IMG/VR virus record: IMGVR_UViG_3300025150_000006
Coordinates: 41,231 to 105,230 of that record
DNA: 64,000 nt
Strand: one strand, 5' to 3'
From: a virus
Under the pieces are notes generated by a model. The model worked only from the letters and a program-made list of their open reading frames with translations. It had not been told where the DNA came from and made no database searches. Position numbers and translations under genes: made by a program. Numbering within the stretch: position 1 is the first letter of the stretch; every line of letters begins with the position of its first letter. This document shows, piece after piece, positions 40,001 to 47,955 of this stretch.

Positions 40001-41116
40001 CTCGTTCCACGGAAGGCTCAGCCTTCGGCAGTGCTGCTTCTGGATGTTGTAGACCCCCTCGACGACACGTTGGCACGTCTGCCAGAATTCCTCGGTCGGG
40101 TGACCACAGGTGTCGGGGTCATCACACTCACAGGTAGGTCGGGCGTATGTGTTATGACTGGCGAACCCTCCCGTGAAATGCGTTGCCGTATTCGTGCTCA
40201 GTACAGCGATGTCTCGCTCTCCGGCATCGAAGATCCTGACGACCTGAACATAGTCATCCCCAGCACACCGGAAAGCACCACCGCCGTTGTCCATGGCTGC
40301 TACGAACTTTTGAAGCAGCCGGGGAGGCTGGAGCTTCCCCAACAACGAAAAGAGGGTCTTCCGACCGTAGAGGCTCAGCACGAACATCGACTTTTGACCA
40401 ATGTTCGTGGCTTTTGAGGTCTTCGTGAAAGAGACCCCCATATCACTCAGGTATTGCTCGACCCGAGCAAGCATCGCATTATCTGTCTGGGTAAACGAAA
40501 GACCGTTTCGCCGATCTAGGCAACCCTCCCCGTCGAAAGCCGCCGAAAGGAACCCGTCTGCATAGGACGACCCCGTCTTCCACATCGGGCCAAACGGTCG
40601 TGCCAACCAGAGAGGGCCACCCTTCGACGTACTGGCGAGGTCTTTCGTCTCTCGCCAGTAGAGACGGTTGTTGTCCCCGTTCATCTTCACGAGCCACGCA
40701 TGATCAGGGGTGGCGTACAGCACCGTGCCGTCCGACAACTCGATCCCCATCGTGTGGGCTTTCTCAACCCGGTTGTGCGTGACATGCCCGAGCCGGTAGT
40801 GCCGCTTCCCGTGGCGAGAAGGGGCTTCTTCATCAAAAGCGACGATACCCTGTCCGACGGCGAGGTCACCTGCTGGTCGCCACTGGAGGTCGTCACAGAG
40901 AACAGGTGTGGCCACGTCCACACACCGTTTATATGTAAAATATCCAACCGGACCCCAGTTCGGCTGCCGACCCCCAAAATCCAACAGGAACGTTGGGGAC
41001 AGGGAGAACTGCCGAACCTTCCGGTCCGGTTCCGGGGAAGTGAAACGGTCGATGTTCATGCTGTTGTCCCACTCAGATCCGCTCGGATGCAACGCTCCGA
41101 GAGGTTTTGATTCCAA
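37079..41116 (-). CDS. nrdJ: Class II (B12-dependent, monomeric RTPR-type) ribonucleotide reductase with two inteins; start may be ATG at 41059
   Basis: KR|TYAR, PPGRGL, LNN|C, RRSAEI, RWASNNS, GEPG, NPCSEQ..CCLVE, VKPSGTVS, C-terminal CTTDAC. Confidence 0.93.
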   Translation of the reverse strand: MESKPLGALHPSGSEWDNSMNIDRFTSPEPDRKVRQFSLSPTFLLDFGGRQPNWGPVGYFTYKRCVDVATPVLCDDLQWRPAGDLAVGQGIVAFDEEAPSRHGKRHYRLGHVTHNRVEKAHTMGIELSDGTVLYATPDHAWLVKMNGDNNRLYWRETKDLASTSKGGPLWLARPFGPMWKTGSSYADGFLSAAFDGEGCLDRRNGLSFTQTDNAMLARVEQYLSDMGVSFTKTSKATNIGQKSMFVLSLYGRKTLFSLLGKLQPPRLLQKFVAAMDNGGGAFRCAGDDYVQVVRIFDAGERDIAVLSTNTATHFTGGFASHNTYARPTCECDDPDTCGHPTEEFWQTCQRVVEGVYNIQKQHCRRLSLPWNEPKAQKSAQEMFQRMWDFKFTPPGRGLAQMGTDFVWKKGGACLNNPLHEDTPVLTREHGWVPLGSLAERTDVTLLSSIKLYGRDHSSTASSATWVNASVSHLEVQPCKRLVLQDNSGFMTEITTSENHRWFRRASTKQEWARVTTLDLRKGDQLPVVLPAKVAPVSRFGAQHGMFFGDGTRSNGELHQFGPSVPVLCDLFGSMAVQVTHRRNDEWVVRNCPRVWSQIPSSLDDISYIYGFLAGYFAADGCVLENGSCSLSSARRSELEEVRRLFQAVGVRVGEIRLSSTSSNYSDERELWTMTPHTHDLWEGFFLREDHQGRWMNRGQEPKRKYAKVLHIEDAGDQRVLCAVVPDYEQFVIDGFVLTSNCAFVSSEHIDEDFAGPFTFLMDMSMLGVGVGGDTRGAGKLKVQMPKLISTPHVVSDDREGWVGLAKTVINSFAGKGAFPTTIDFSKVRSKGRRIRGFGGTASGPGPLAKLVKNILRTLMPEGVEVQFEEELSRKGKLLKLHTMVQGEGLAYKITSGCITDIFNMVGACVVAGGVRRSAEIMFGHADDLEFRTLKDDTGLRALTAQLAGLQARDPSDLSQEEAMALLQEITALLGQIDQHPLRSHRWASNNSIFAKVGMDYTEVGRSIAKNGEPGLLWLDNARKFGRMVDPANNKDKRAMGANPCSEQTLESYELCCLVETYPAHHESYEDFQRTLKFAYLYAKTVTLMPTHDPRTNAVMNRNRRIGASMSGIRQAIEKFGRREFLNWCDQGYNYIGELDTVYSEWLGCPLSIKTTSVKPSGTVSLLCGATPGIHPPHSPFYIRNIRVQEHSPLLEAARAAGHPVEKDAYADATYVISFPVKTDNCTKGKRDVSIWEQVALAADLQRYWADNQVSVTVTFKPEEAAEIPTVLEVFEDRLKSISFLPLGDDHGYVQAPYIQITEEEFDAMVARITPMNLGDSKGEVEDKFCTTDACEIRAFKDLASA
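38897..39868 (-). mobile_element. Class 3 intein NrdJ-2 (324 aa, Pro1)
   Basis: Begins PLHEDTPV; block B ENHRW, block F VLCAVV, ends VLTSN followed by Cys; HGMFFGDG and LAGYFAADG. Confidence 0.9.
40151..40924 (-). mobile_element. Intein NrdJ-1 (258 aa, single LAGLIDADG motif)
   Basis: Begins CVDVATPV, block B TPDHAW, ends GFASHN followed by Thr; FLSAAFDGEG. Confidence 0.9.
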
Positions 41117-41188
41117 GAGACAGACCTGCCCCCTTTCTCCCGCCCTATCAACTCCCTACCGAAAAACCTGACCCCCCGAACTTCGGGG

Positions 41189-42157
41189 TCAGCAGGACGA
41201 TAGGAGGCGAGATGTAAGGACGACCCAGGGGTTGATGGCACCGTTGAACACGGCTCTCTCTGCGGCTGCGAGGTCTGCGACGAGTTGAACCGTACCCGCC
41301 TTCCCCCAGCGTCGAGCAGGAGGAAGAATTTTCGTCTCAAAATACCAAGGATGCAGACCCAACTCCTGAGCGGCGGCCTTAGGTGGCAGAGCATCAAGAT
41401 GAGCGGCCTGCATCCACTTGAGCACGATGGCCCCAAGAAAACGGCTGATCCGCATGGTGGGATCTGTCTTCGTGGTCTCATGAACCTTGCTCAATGCCTT
41501 GGACAGACGCTTTCGGTTGCGTAACGCCAGGGCATCCGCAATGGGGCCTACAGAGGCTTCGGCAATCGGGGCCATGCCACCCCTGACCTCAGCCTTGTCG
41601 ATGGCTTCTAACCCCCGAGCATCTGCCAGTAGCGCCATCTTTTGTAGCTCAAAGGCAAGCATCCCAAGGTCCGAGCCAACTCGCTCCACCAGGGCCTCCG
41701 CTAGGGATGGTCGCATGGTCTTGCGATAGGACAGGGCCTCCGCCAACACGAACTCAACCGCAACCTCGGGAGCCTTCCACTCGGTGGGCTTCGTGAACGT
41801 CTTGTGGACGTCACCAAGTCCCTTGAGGAACTTCCCGAACTTCGTCCGACCATCAGGCTCACCATCGAGATGCAACAGCAACGTGGTTGTGTAGTCCTTG
41901 GATGCCTGATGTTGGCCAACCAGATCCAGGTCGATCTTCTCAGGAGTGTGAACCACCGCCAGCACCTTGCCCGGAACGAACAACCCCGGTGCCAGGACAT
42001 CCCGCACAGCACTTGGGTCGGAACCATCCACGTTCTCGATGGACCAACCCTCAGCACGCTGGACCGAGACCATGTTCTGCACGAAGCGTCGGCGAAGCAG
42101 GACTTCACCCCCGCTCACAACCACCAGGGGTGGAAACACGTCCTTTTTCTTGGCCAT
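41189..42157 (-). CDS. DNA polymerase III delta (HolA)-like clamp-loader subunit
   Basis: LVVVSGGEVLL, GLF...VLAVV, LVERVGSDLGMLAFELQKM, LGLHPW; start revised to MAKKK. Confidence 0.75.
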   Translation of the reverse strand: MAKKKDVFPPLVVVSGGEVLLRRRFVQNMVSVQRAEGWSIENVDGSDPSAVRDVLAPGLFVPGKVLAVVHTPEKIDLDLVGQHQASKDYTTTLLLHLDGEPDGRTKFGKFLKGLGDVHKTFTKPTEWKAPEVAVEFVLAEALSYRKTMRPSLAEALVERVGSDLGMLAFELQKMALLADARGLEAIDKAEVRGGMAPIAEASVGPIADALALRNRKRLSKALSKVHETTKTDPTMRISRFLGAIVLKWMQAAHLDALPPKAAAQELGLHPWYFETKILPPARRWGKAGTVQLVADLAAAERAVFNGAINPWVVLTSRLLSSC

Positions 42158-42675
42158 CAGCGTCTTCTTGGCTCCAACAACTCGAAAATGATCTCTCCGT
42201 CGGGGGCCATCTTCAAGTTCACCCTGAAAGGCATCTGTCCCAGTTGCTGGGCAACCTCGCCCAACACCTTCTCCACACTGAGACGGGCCTGGTGCAAAAT
42301 CCCAGCATCCCGCTTCTGACCGATGAACGGGACCAAACACTCAACCACCTTGTCCCCCATCGTCTGCCGCAACCACTGCCGACTCAGACTCCGAATCTTC
42401 GCAGACATCACGGCCGGAGGTTGCCGAGGGATCTCAGGCAACAACAGCCCCGGAGACAACAGATTGTCCAGACTCACGGCCTCCTGAGCGGACAGGACCT
42501 TGTCTACCGCACGATCAAAACGCTTGGTCAGATCCTTCTCGGACAAATCCACCAGGTGGGCCGCCCAGTGATCTTGGTCATAGCCAGGCGGGCGGGGCTC
42601 CATCCGGGACAAAGTCATCGCCATCTCAGCGTGATGCTTGATCCGGCTGTCCAGTTCATTGGAACTGATCGTCAT
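42157..42675 (-). CDS. Hypothetical protein
   Basis: Start revised to MTISS; overlapping couplings on both sides. Confidence 0.65.
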   Translation of the reverse strand: MTISSNELDSRIKHHAEMAMTLSRMEPRPPGYDQDHWAAHLVDLSEKDLTKRFDRAVDKVLSAQEAVSLDNLLSPGLLLPEIPRQPPAVMSAKIRSLSRQWLRQTMGDKVVECLVPFIGQKRDAGILHQARLSVEKVLGEVAQQLGQMPFRVNLKMAPDGEIIFELLEPRRR

Positions 42676-43307
42676 CCGTTGTAGTCCGGCAAGAAGGCCA
42701 AAATGACCTCGATAGGGGTTGGGTTCCGCCAACGAGCTACAGCCCTTACCCGCTCCCACAGCGGGAGAACCTTCGGGTCGTCAAGCATCGCTGTCATCGC
42801 CTCTACGACCTCAGCAAGCAGCTCATACTCACGAGCAGGGGCCTTCTTGTTGGCCTTCACCTTGGCGACGATGGTCGGCACATCAGCCCCATGCCCGCCA
42901 AGGGCTGCATAGAGCAGCTCACGAGCAGCAGCCTCCACCTCCTCATCCACGGGCTCGAACCCCGTAGGTGGGCACCAGACAGGAAGGCAGCGGGACTGGA
43001 TGGTCGTCTGCACGCCACCCAGATCATTGGCCCACAGCATCGGGTGAACGTACTTGTGGAACTGCTCGATGCCCTTGAGCAAGGCGTCAGCCGACTTTGG
43101 CAACGCCAAGTCCATCGGACCAGCCAACACAGTCCCGAGGTCGCTTCCGAGAGGGGCGACTTGAAGCAGGGAGATGTACTCACGAGCCTCATCCACCTTC
43201 AGCCCGGCATCCCCGAAGGGTTCGTGCAGAAAACGACCTCGACGGGAACACTCAGCAAGAGCGGTCTGTCGAGCACCAGGTCCATGGAACAACAAGCAGG
43301 AACTCAT
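42672..43307 (-). CDS. DNA polymerase III delta-prime (HolB)-like subunit
   Basis: LLFHGPG, LKVDEAR, ADALLKGIE, TIQSRC; degenerate Walker motifs as expected for delta-prime. Confidence 0.72.
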   Translation of the reverse strand: MSSCLLFHGPGARQTALAECSRRGRFLHEPFGDAGLKVDEAREYISLLQVAPLGSDLGTVLAGPMDLALPKSADALLKGIEQFHKYVHPMLWANDLGGVQTTIQSRCLPVWCPPTGFEPVDEEVEAAARELLYAALGGHGADVPTIVAKVKANKKAPAREYELLAEVVEAMTAMLDDPKVLPLWERVRAVARWRNPTPIEVILAFLPDYNG

Positions 43308-43339
43308 ACCTGGTTTACTCAGCCTGGAGGGATCGGAAC

Positions 43340-43537
43340 CTACGTCGTGATCGAGAACACACCGTTGCATTTCACACAACGGTAGCGAACGGTCTTCCCG
43401 CCCCCCTGTACGAAGGAACGGCTGAAGATCATGGTCGCGTAGGCCTCGTTGCCTTCACAGGCTTCCGAAGCTCGACACTTCATCCAGATGATCTTCTTCA
43501 CAGGGATCACAGGCTTGTTCTGGGGAGCGTTGGCCAT
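43340..43537 (-). CDS. Small zinc-ribbon protein
   Basis: CRASEAC...YRCVKC; GAGG RBS. Confidence 0.7.
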   Translation of the reverse strand: MANAPQNKPVIPVKKIIWMKCRASEACEGNEAYATMIFSRSFVQGGGKTVRYRCVKCNGVFSITT

Positions 43538-43540
43538 CGG

Positions 43541-44044
43541 TCACCTCACATCGAACTGTTCGTATTCCAGCTCCACCGTACCCAATCGCAACACAGGGGC
43601 ACCTGGAACAGGAGGGTCAACTATCACAGGTTCCGAAGAGAGGTTCGAGCTTGGCACGAACCCCAGAGCCTCTAGCCTCTGTAGCAACTCCATTCGGATC
43701 GTATCCAGTAGAGCTGTCAGGTCCGCAGTCAGGTTCACCTGGTTCATCAAATTTCTCAGGGAACTGCTCTGCTCCGAGAACAACTTCACCAGAGCCGAAC
43801 CCTCTGCAAACAGGGGGACGATCACCCGCTGCCAGAGATCCCAGTGCACCTCGAACGGGAACAGCCCACCGAACTCGGTATCCAAGGTCATCGAGGTAGG
43901 AGGGATCAGCGCAACATGCACCCTGTAGCTCGGGTGAGATTTGGTCGTCGTTGGGAACGACGGAGCTGCTCTACCCAGGTTGATGTAGAGGACCCCTACA
44001 GCCAAGCGAGTCAGGTCGAACTGGTACGGGCTCAGGTTGGCCAT
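43541..44044 (-). CDS. Hypothetical protein
   Basis: Start revised to MANLSPY with an AGGAGG RBS. Confidence 0.7.
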   Translation of the reverse strand: MANLSPYQFDLTRLAVGVLYINLGRAAPSFPTTTKSHPSYRVHVALIPPTSMTLDTEFGGLFPFEVHWDLWQRVIVPLFAEGSALVKLFSEQSSSLRNLMNQVNLTADLTALLDTIRMELLQRLEALGFVPSSNLSSEPVIVDPPVPGAPVLRLGTVELEYEQFDVR

Positions 44045-44076
44045 CTCTTCAGCCTCCTTCTGATCAGCCCACCCCC

Positions 44077-44088
44077 ATAGCCGTATCA
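44077..44088 (-). promoter_or_regulatory. Candidate late promoter TRNT-N4-CTAT
   Basis: TGATacggCTAT ~33 nt upstream of 44044. Confidence 0.45.
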
Positions 44089-44097
44089 CCACAGGCC

Positions 44098-44405
44098 GAG
44101 AATCTGCTGGAATTCTCGCTAACAGATTCTCGGGCTACTAGAACCCCACTGAGAGAATCTCAGGCCCCGAGAATGTGGTCACGAGAATCTGAGAATGTCA
44201 CCAGCCTGATTCTCCACATTCTCTACATTCTCCAGGGGCGGCTAGAATCAGTTTCTCGCAGACTCCAATTCTCTCGGGCAGGGTCTAGTGTGATTCTCGG
44301 GACTCAGGACTCTAGTTTGAGAAACTCTGCCATCAAGAATCGGATTCTCGGCGTGGGGAGTTCTTGCACCAGAGGTACTGTGAGAATCGAGGGAATCAGT
44401 TTCTC
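44098..44405. repeat. Array of GAGAAT/ATTCTC hexamers in both orientations; candidate replication origin or protein-binding array
   Basis: 14 exact and about 6 one-mismatch copies counted by eye in ~310 bp of non-coding DNA. Confidence 0.8.
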
Positions 44406-44955
44406 ATCGTGCTTTAGACATAGCAGTAGCAGGGGAACTATCACTCGTATCAGCCTAGCGGCTGCTACTTCGTGGTTCACTACCTACTGAAAGGGCACGA
44501 TGATGATTCTTAATCAGGTCGTCCTTCGGACTCCCTTAACTCCTACTACTAAGGCTAAGGCTCTAGTAAGAGGGGAGTAGTTCCGAAGGCGATGGGGCTA
44601 CCGCTACCAGCAAACGAACCCCGTCTGCTGACGGCACCCTTCGGCCCTCTCTCCGATCTCAGAGAGAGGTTCGCCAAAGTGGATTTCCGCTACCGAGGCC
44701 TCGGGGTCGAGGTGCAGGCAACGGGGTCTTCGATCTGAAAGATCAACGGACGTGTGGGCAGCTTCCACGTAGCTCAACGGCGTCTGCCTCGGGTCACCCC
44801 GATGTCCGACCGACCAACCCCCACGAGCCTTGTGGGAAGGTTGGAACCCGGAGTTGGCCGATTTCATTGACCAAACGGGCTGGCGGACACTCACCCCCTA
44901 TTCGGGGGGTCAAGTCCGTCAAGCAGTAGATGACAGTACGTCCCGACTGTCAAGA

Positions 44956-46275
44956 TCAGGAGAACATCCCTGATGGGAGCTTCATCCCAAGGCTGTTGGC
45001 GACCTTGAAGATGTTGTTGCGGATGAGGCTGGGGTCCCAGGTTGCTCCCCGGTCAGCGAGCCCTGCAAGGCGGCTCAGGGCCGACTCCGTCGGGGAGTCC
45101 GGGTCCAGCCGCTTGATCAGCTCCAGTTGGACATCCCGAAGGAGGTCCATCGACTGTCGGTCTCCTGCCTGCTTCAATACTCGGGTGATGTCGAGGAGCT
45201 TCTTGCGGTCAGCAACGGAGAACACGAACTGCTGACCATAGCTCCCGTAGCCGGCCTGCTTGCGACGGCTGGCCAGCCTACGGGTGGCCTGACCGTAGGC
45301 CTCGTTGAGGGCACGGTCGTGCTTGACGAACTTGGCGACCTCGGGGAAGAACACGGTCTTGACCCATCGGACCGAACCGCCTGAGCCACTGCCACCCAAC
45401 TCCTTGGAGAGGGCCGAGATGGAGTTGACGGACTTGCCTGCGACCAGGTGGTCAATCAAGGCTGTGGCGAGTTCTTGGTCCTTAGCGATGTTCCGCATCG
45501 CCTGTTCGAGCTTCCTCCCGACGGGGGTGTGCTCCCTGAGCTGCGTGGAGAGAAAGTCCCAGAACGTGACCGAGTTCAACGCCTGTGTGGGCATCAGATC
45601 GAACGTGGAATCACCCTCGGGGCTCTCGGTAGGGGCTCGACGCTGTGTCTTGTCGGCCTCCTTGAACTCATCCCTCACCTTGAGGGCAAAAGTTCTACCG
45701 ATGTTGCCAGCCATCGACAGAGGGGTCTCCTTACCGGACAAGATGCTCTTGCCCCAGGTCCGGGCCATCTTCACTCCGATGTGGATGAACATCGGGCCAG
45801 TGCTCGCTGGTTGCCCACTCTTGGTGAGCCCCATGATCCCGTTCTGCATGATGTCATCGGTCGATGAGAACGTCCCTTCGGAGTTACTCATCTTCTTGAA
45901 CATGGCGTGAACCATGCCATAGACCTTACCGATAAGGCCCGTGTAGCCAGGGGAGTACCAGGAAGGGTCCATGTCGGTCCCTGCAAAGACCTGAGCGGCC
46001 TCTGCCAGCCCACGCTTCCCCTTCTTCCACCAAGTCCCTGCATTGGGACCGATGCGAGCCAACCCTGACATGGCTTCCAAGAGCTGAAGACGAGCAATGA
46101 TGTCGTACTCGACCGACTCGATGTTGCCCACGAGATACCGGGCGGCCAGACGACAGTTCTTGCCCTTTGCAGTGCCAGCGTGCTGATGGGCATCCCGTAG
46201 CAACTGGGTGACGAGGGGCAGCCGGACGTTCATTCCAGCCCTGCGGATCGTGTTGGCGGTGATGTTGCGGCTCAT
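44956..46275 (-). CDS. Hypothetical protein with RLAARY motif and possible sigma-like core
   Basis: Start revised to MSRNITA (AGGAG RBS). DDIMQNGIMGL resembles sigma region 2.2; KQAG precedes a separate C-terminal module. Confidence 0.7.
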   Translation of the reverse strand: MSRNITANTIRRAGMNVRLPLVTQLLRDAHQHAGTAKGKNCRLAARYLVGNIESVEYDIIARLQLLEAMSGLARIGPNAGTWWKKGKRGLAEAAQVFAGTDMDPSWYSPGYTGLIGKVYGMVHAMFKKMSNSEGTFSSTDDIMQNGIMGLTKSGQPASTGPMFIHIGVKMARTWGKSILSGKETPLSMAGNIGRTFALKVRDEFKEADKTQRRAPTESPEGDSTFDLMPTQALNSVTFWDFLSTQLREHTPVGRKLEQAMRNIAKDQELATALIDHLVAGKSVNSISALSKELGGSGSGGSVRWVKTVFFPEVAKFVKHDRALNEAYGQATRRLASRRKQAGYGSYGQQFVFSVADRKKLLDITRVLKQAGDRQSMDLLRDVQLELIKRLDPDSPTESALSRLAGLADRGATWDPSLIRNNIFKVANSLGMKLPSGMFS

Positions 46276-46319
46276 GGGTCTCCTCACGCGGCTTGCTACC
46301 GTCTTGCTAATCCTCGTGT

Positions 46320-46331
46320 ATAGGGCAAGTA
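46320..46331 (-). promoter_or_regulatory. Candidate late promoter TRNT-N4-CTAT
   Basis: TACTtgccCTAT ~45 nt upstream of 46275. Confidence 0.45.
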
Positions 46332-46537
46332 CCACAGAGGCGACTAGACCGGACTGGCTACCACAAGGGGTGGTAGCCGCCATTTCAGCCCGAAAAATCG
46401 GGATTTGGGGTTGCTACCGACCACCACAGTGATAGGCTCTCCTGCAAGCACACGTCCTCGACCGCTGCGTCATGAACCTGTCGTGTAGCTTGCAGACCCG
46501 TAACGACCCGTGACTCGGGATCGTTCAGGAGGAAGCC

Positions 46538-47530
46538 TTGGACACGCGCACCGTTGTGCTCTCTGTTCCCGTGGCCGTCATCGAGCGCATCTGTCTACAG
46601 ACAGAAGTTCTGCTCCGACATGCACTGTCCCTGGGTGGACAGGCCACGATGACCGATTTCTTCCAAGCCCTGAGTAGGGCAACACCGACCGAGTTGCGGT
46701 CGTTCGGTGGTCGGCCAGGGCTCCGGCACCTTGTCAGCCGGATCCTCGTCGCAAAGGGCCTTCTCCGGGCCAACCTGCGGACGATGAAGTGGTTGCTCAC
46801 CCCGAAGGGTCGAGCACTGGTGACCCCAACCAAGCGTCGTACCTCCAGGTCAAAGACTTCCAGTGGGAACGCGACCTCCAAGTGGTTGGACAAGCACCTC
46901 AAACCCGCGAAGGGCGAGACGGAGAGTGAACTCTACAGCAAGTTGAAAAGTGCATTGAGCTGGAAGCTCCCTGTGTCGGCCAGCTCGGGCATGATCGAAG
47001 ACCATGTCCAGAACTTCCTGCTTCGGGCCATCCGGCGTGATTCCTTCGCCCACCTTCTGGAGGATGGGAAGGACCTCCCCTACGCCAAGGTCTGTGCCTA
47101 CTGCGTGAACTCTGGTCGAACTGATGCTCGTGACATGAGCACGGAGCCGGTCTGCCGGGAGTTGTACGGGGCCAGGACTGAGAAAGAACGTAAGGAATAC
47201 CGACCCTACAATGGAGTCGTCCAGGGCGAGAGAGTCCTGGACTCTGATGGGAACTTCATTTCCCCTGAGAACGTCACAGTGATCGACGAGACGGCCTCTG
47301 ATTTCGAGACCATCTGGTCTCAGATCGAGAACGTGGTACACGACCACAAGCCCAATGCCTGGGAGCGCTACTCTGGTATCCTTGCGATGCGGGCCTATGG
47401 CCTCAACCCCAGTGAGATCGCACAGGCCGAGGGTGTGAGCCGCAACCGTGCCGCCTCAATGCTAGCAGAAGCTCGACGGTGTGTTCGCAGCAGTTACGCT
47501 GCGGGTCATCTGGAAGGATACCTGGCCTAG
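46538..47530 (+). CDS. Sigma-70/ECF-like factor with N-terminal winged-helix
   Basis: AGGAGG RBS; WLLTPKG wing; region-2-like IEDHVQNFLL; region 4 GLNPSEIAQAEGVSRNRAASMLAEARR. Confidence 0.72.
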   Translation: MDTRTVVLSVPVAVIERICLQTEVLLRHALSLGGQATMTDFFQALSRATPTELRSFGGRPGLRHLVSRILVAKGLLRANLRTMKWLLTPKGRALVTPTKRRTSRSKTSSGNATSKWLDKHLKPAKGETESELYSKLKSALSWKLPVSASSGMIEDHVQNFLLRAIRRDSFAHLLEDGKDLPYAKVCAYCVNSGRTDARDMSTEPVCRELYGARTEKERKEYRPYNGVVQGERVLDSDGNFISPENVTVIDETASDFETIWSQIENVVHDHKPNAWERYSGILAMRAYGLNPSEIAQAEGVSRNRAASMLAEARRCVRSSYAAGHLEGYLA

Positions 47531-47952
47531 TCGAACTCTGCTTCCAGTTCGAAATCGTCGAACTCGTCAGACCCAGGTTGAGTCTTTTGAAGACTCGCCG
47601 CCTCTGACTCCGACATCGTCGGACCTTTGCGAGCGACGGGATCTGTCTGAGCCATGTTCAGCAGATCCCAAGCCCCACCACCCGGTACTTTTGTCCCGGT
47701 TGCCCGAAGTTGCCGAACGAACAGGAGCATGATTCGCTCGACGTGCTGCATCGTCAAGCCTTCTGCTACCAAGCGTCGTCCAAAGCCTTGGGTGTTGGCT
47801 GCTACGGTCTGGCTGAACAGGTCCTTCCCTGTCAACCCGCTGATGTAGTCCTCCCATTCAGGGAGATTTTGTGGACCATTCATCTCACCCACCGATGGGA
47901 CTGTATGTCCCTGTACTCCTACTACGGAGTAGGGTAGATAGTTGAGCCCCAC
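47527..47952 (-). CDS. Hypothetical protein
   Basis: Follows the SNF2 gene after 3 nt; convergent with the sigma gene. Confidence 0.65.
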   Translation of the reverse strand: MGLNYLPYSVVGVQGHTVPSVGEMNGPQNLPEWEDYISGLTGKDLFSQTVAANTQGFGRRLVAEGLTMQHVERIMLLFVRQLRATGTKVPGGGAWDLLNMAQTDPVARKGPTMSESEAASLQKTQPGSDEFDDFELEAEFD

Positions 47953-47955
47953 CCA

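Noticed and set aside
44098-44405. Repeat array as a CRISPR array
   Set aside because: Units are only 6-7 nt, irregularly spaced and in both orientations.
44173-44894. ORFs 44173..44490 (+) and 44604..44894 (-)
   Set aside because: No clear RBS, atypical composition, and the first merely translates the repeat array.
46429-46443. Extra CTAT-type promoter copy
   Set aside because: It has CCTAT but lacks the upstream TRNT half, so it was not counted.
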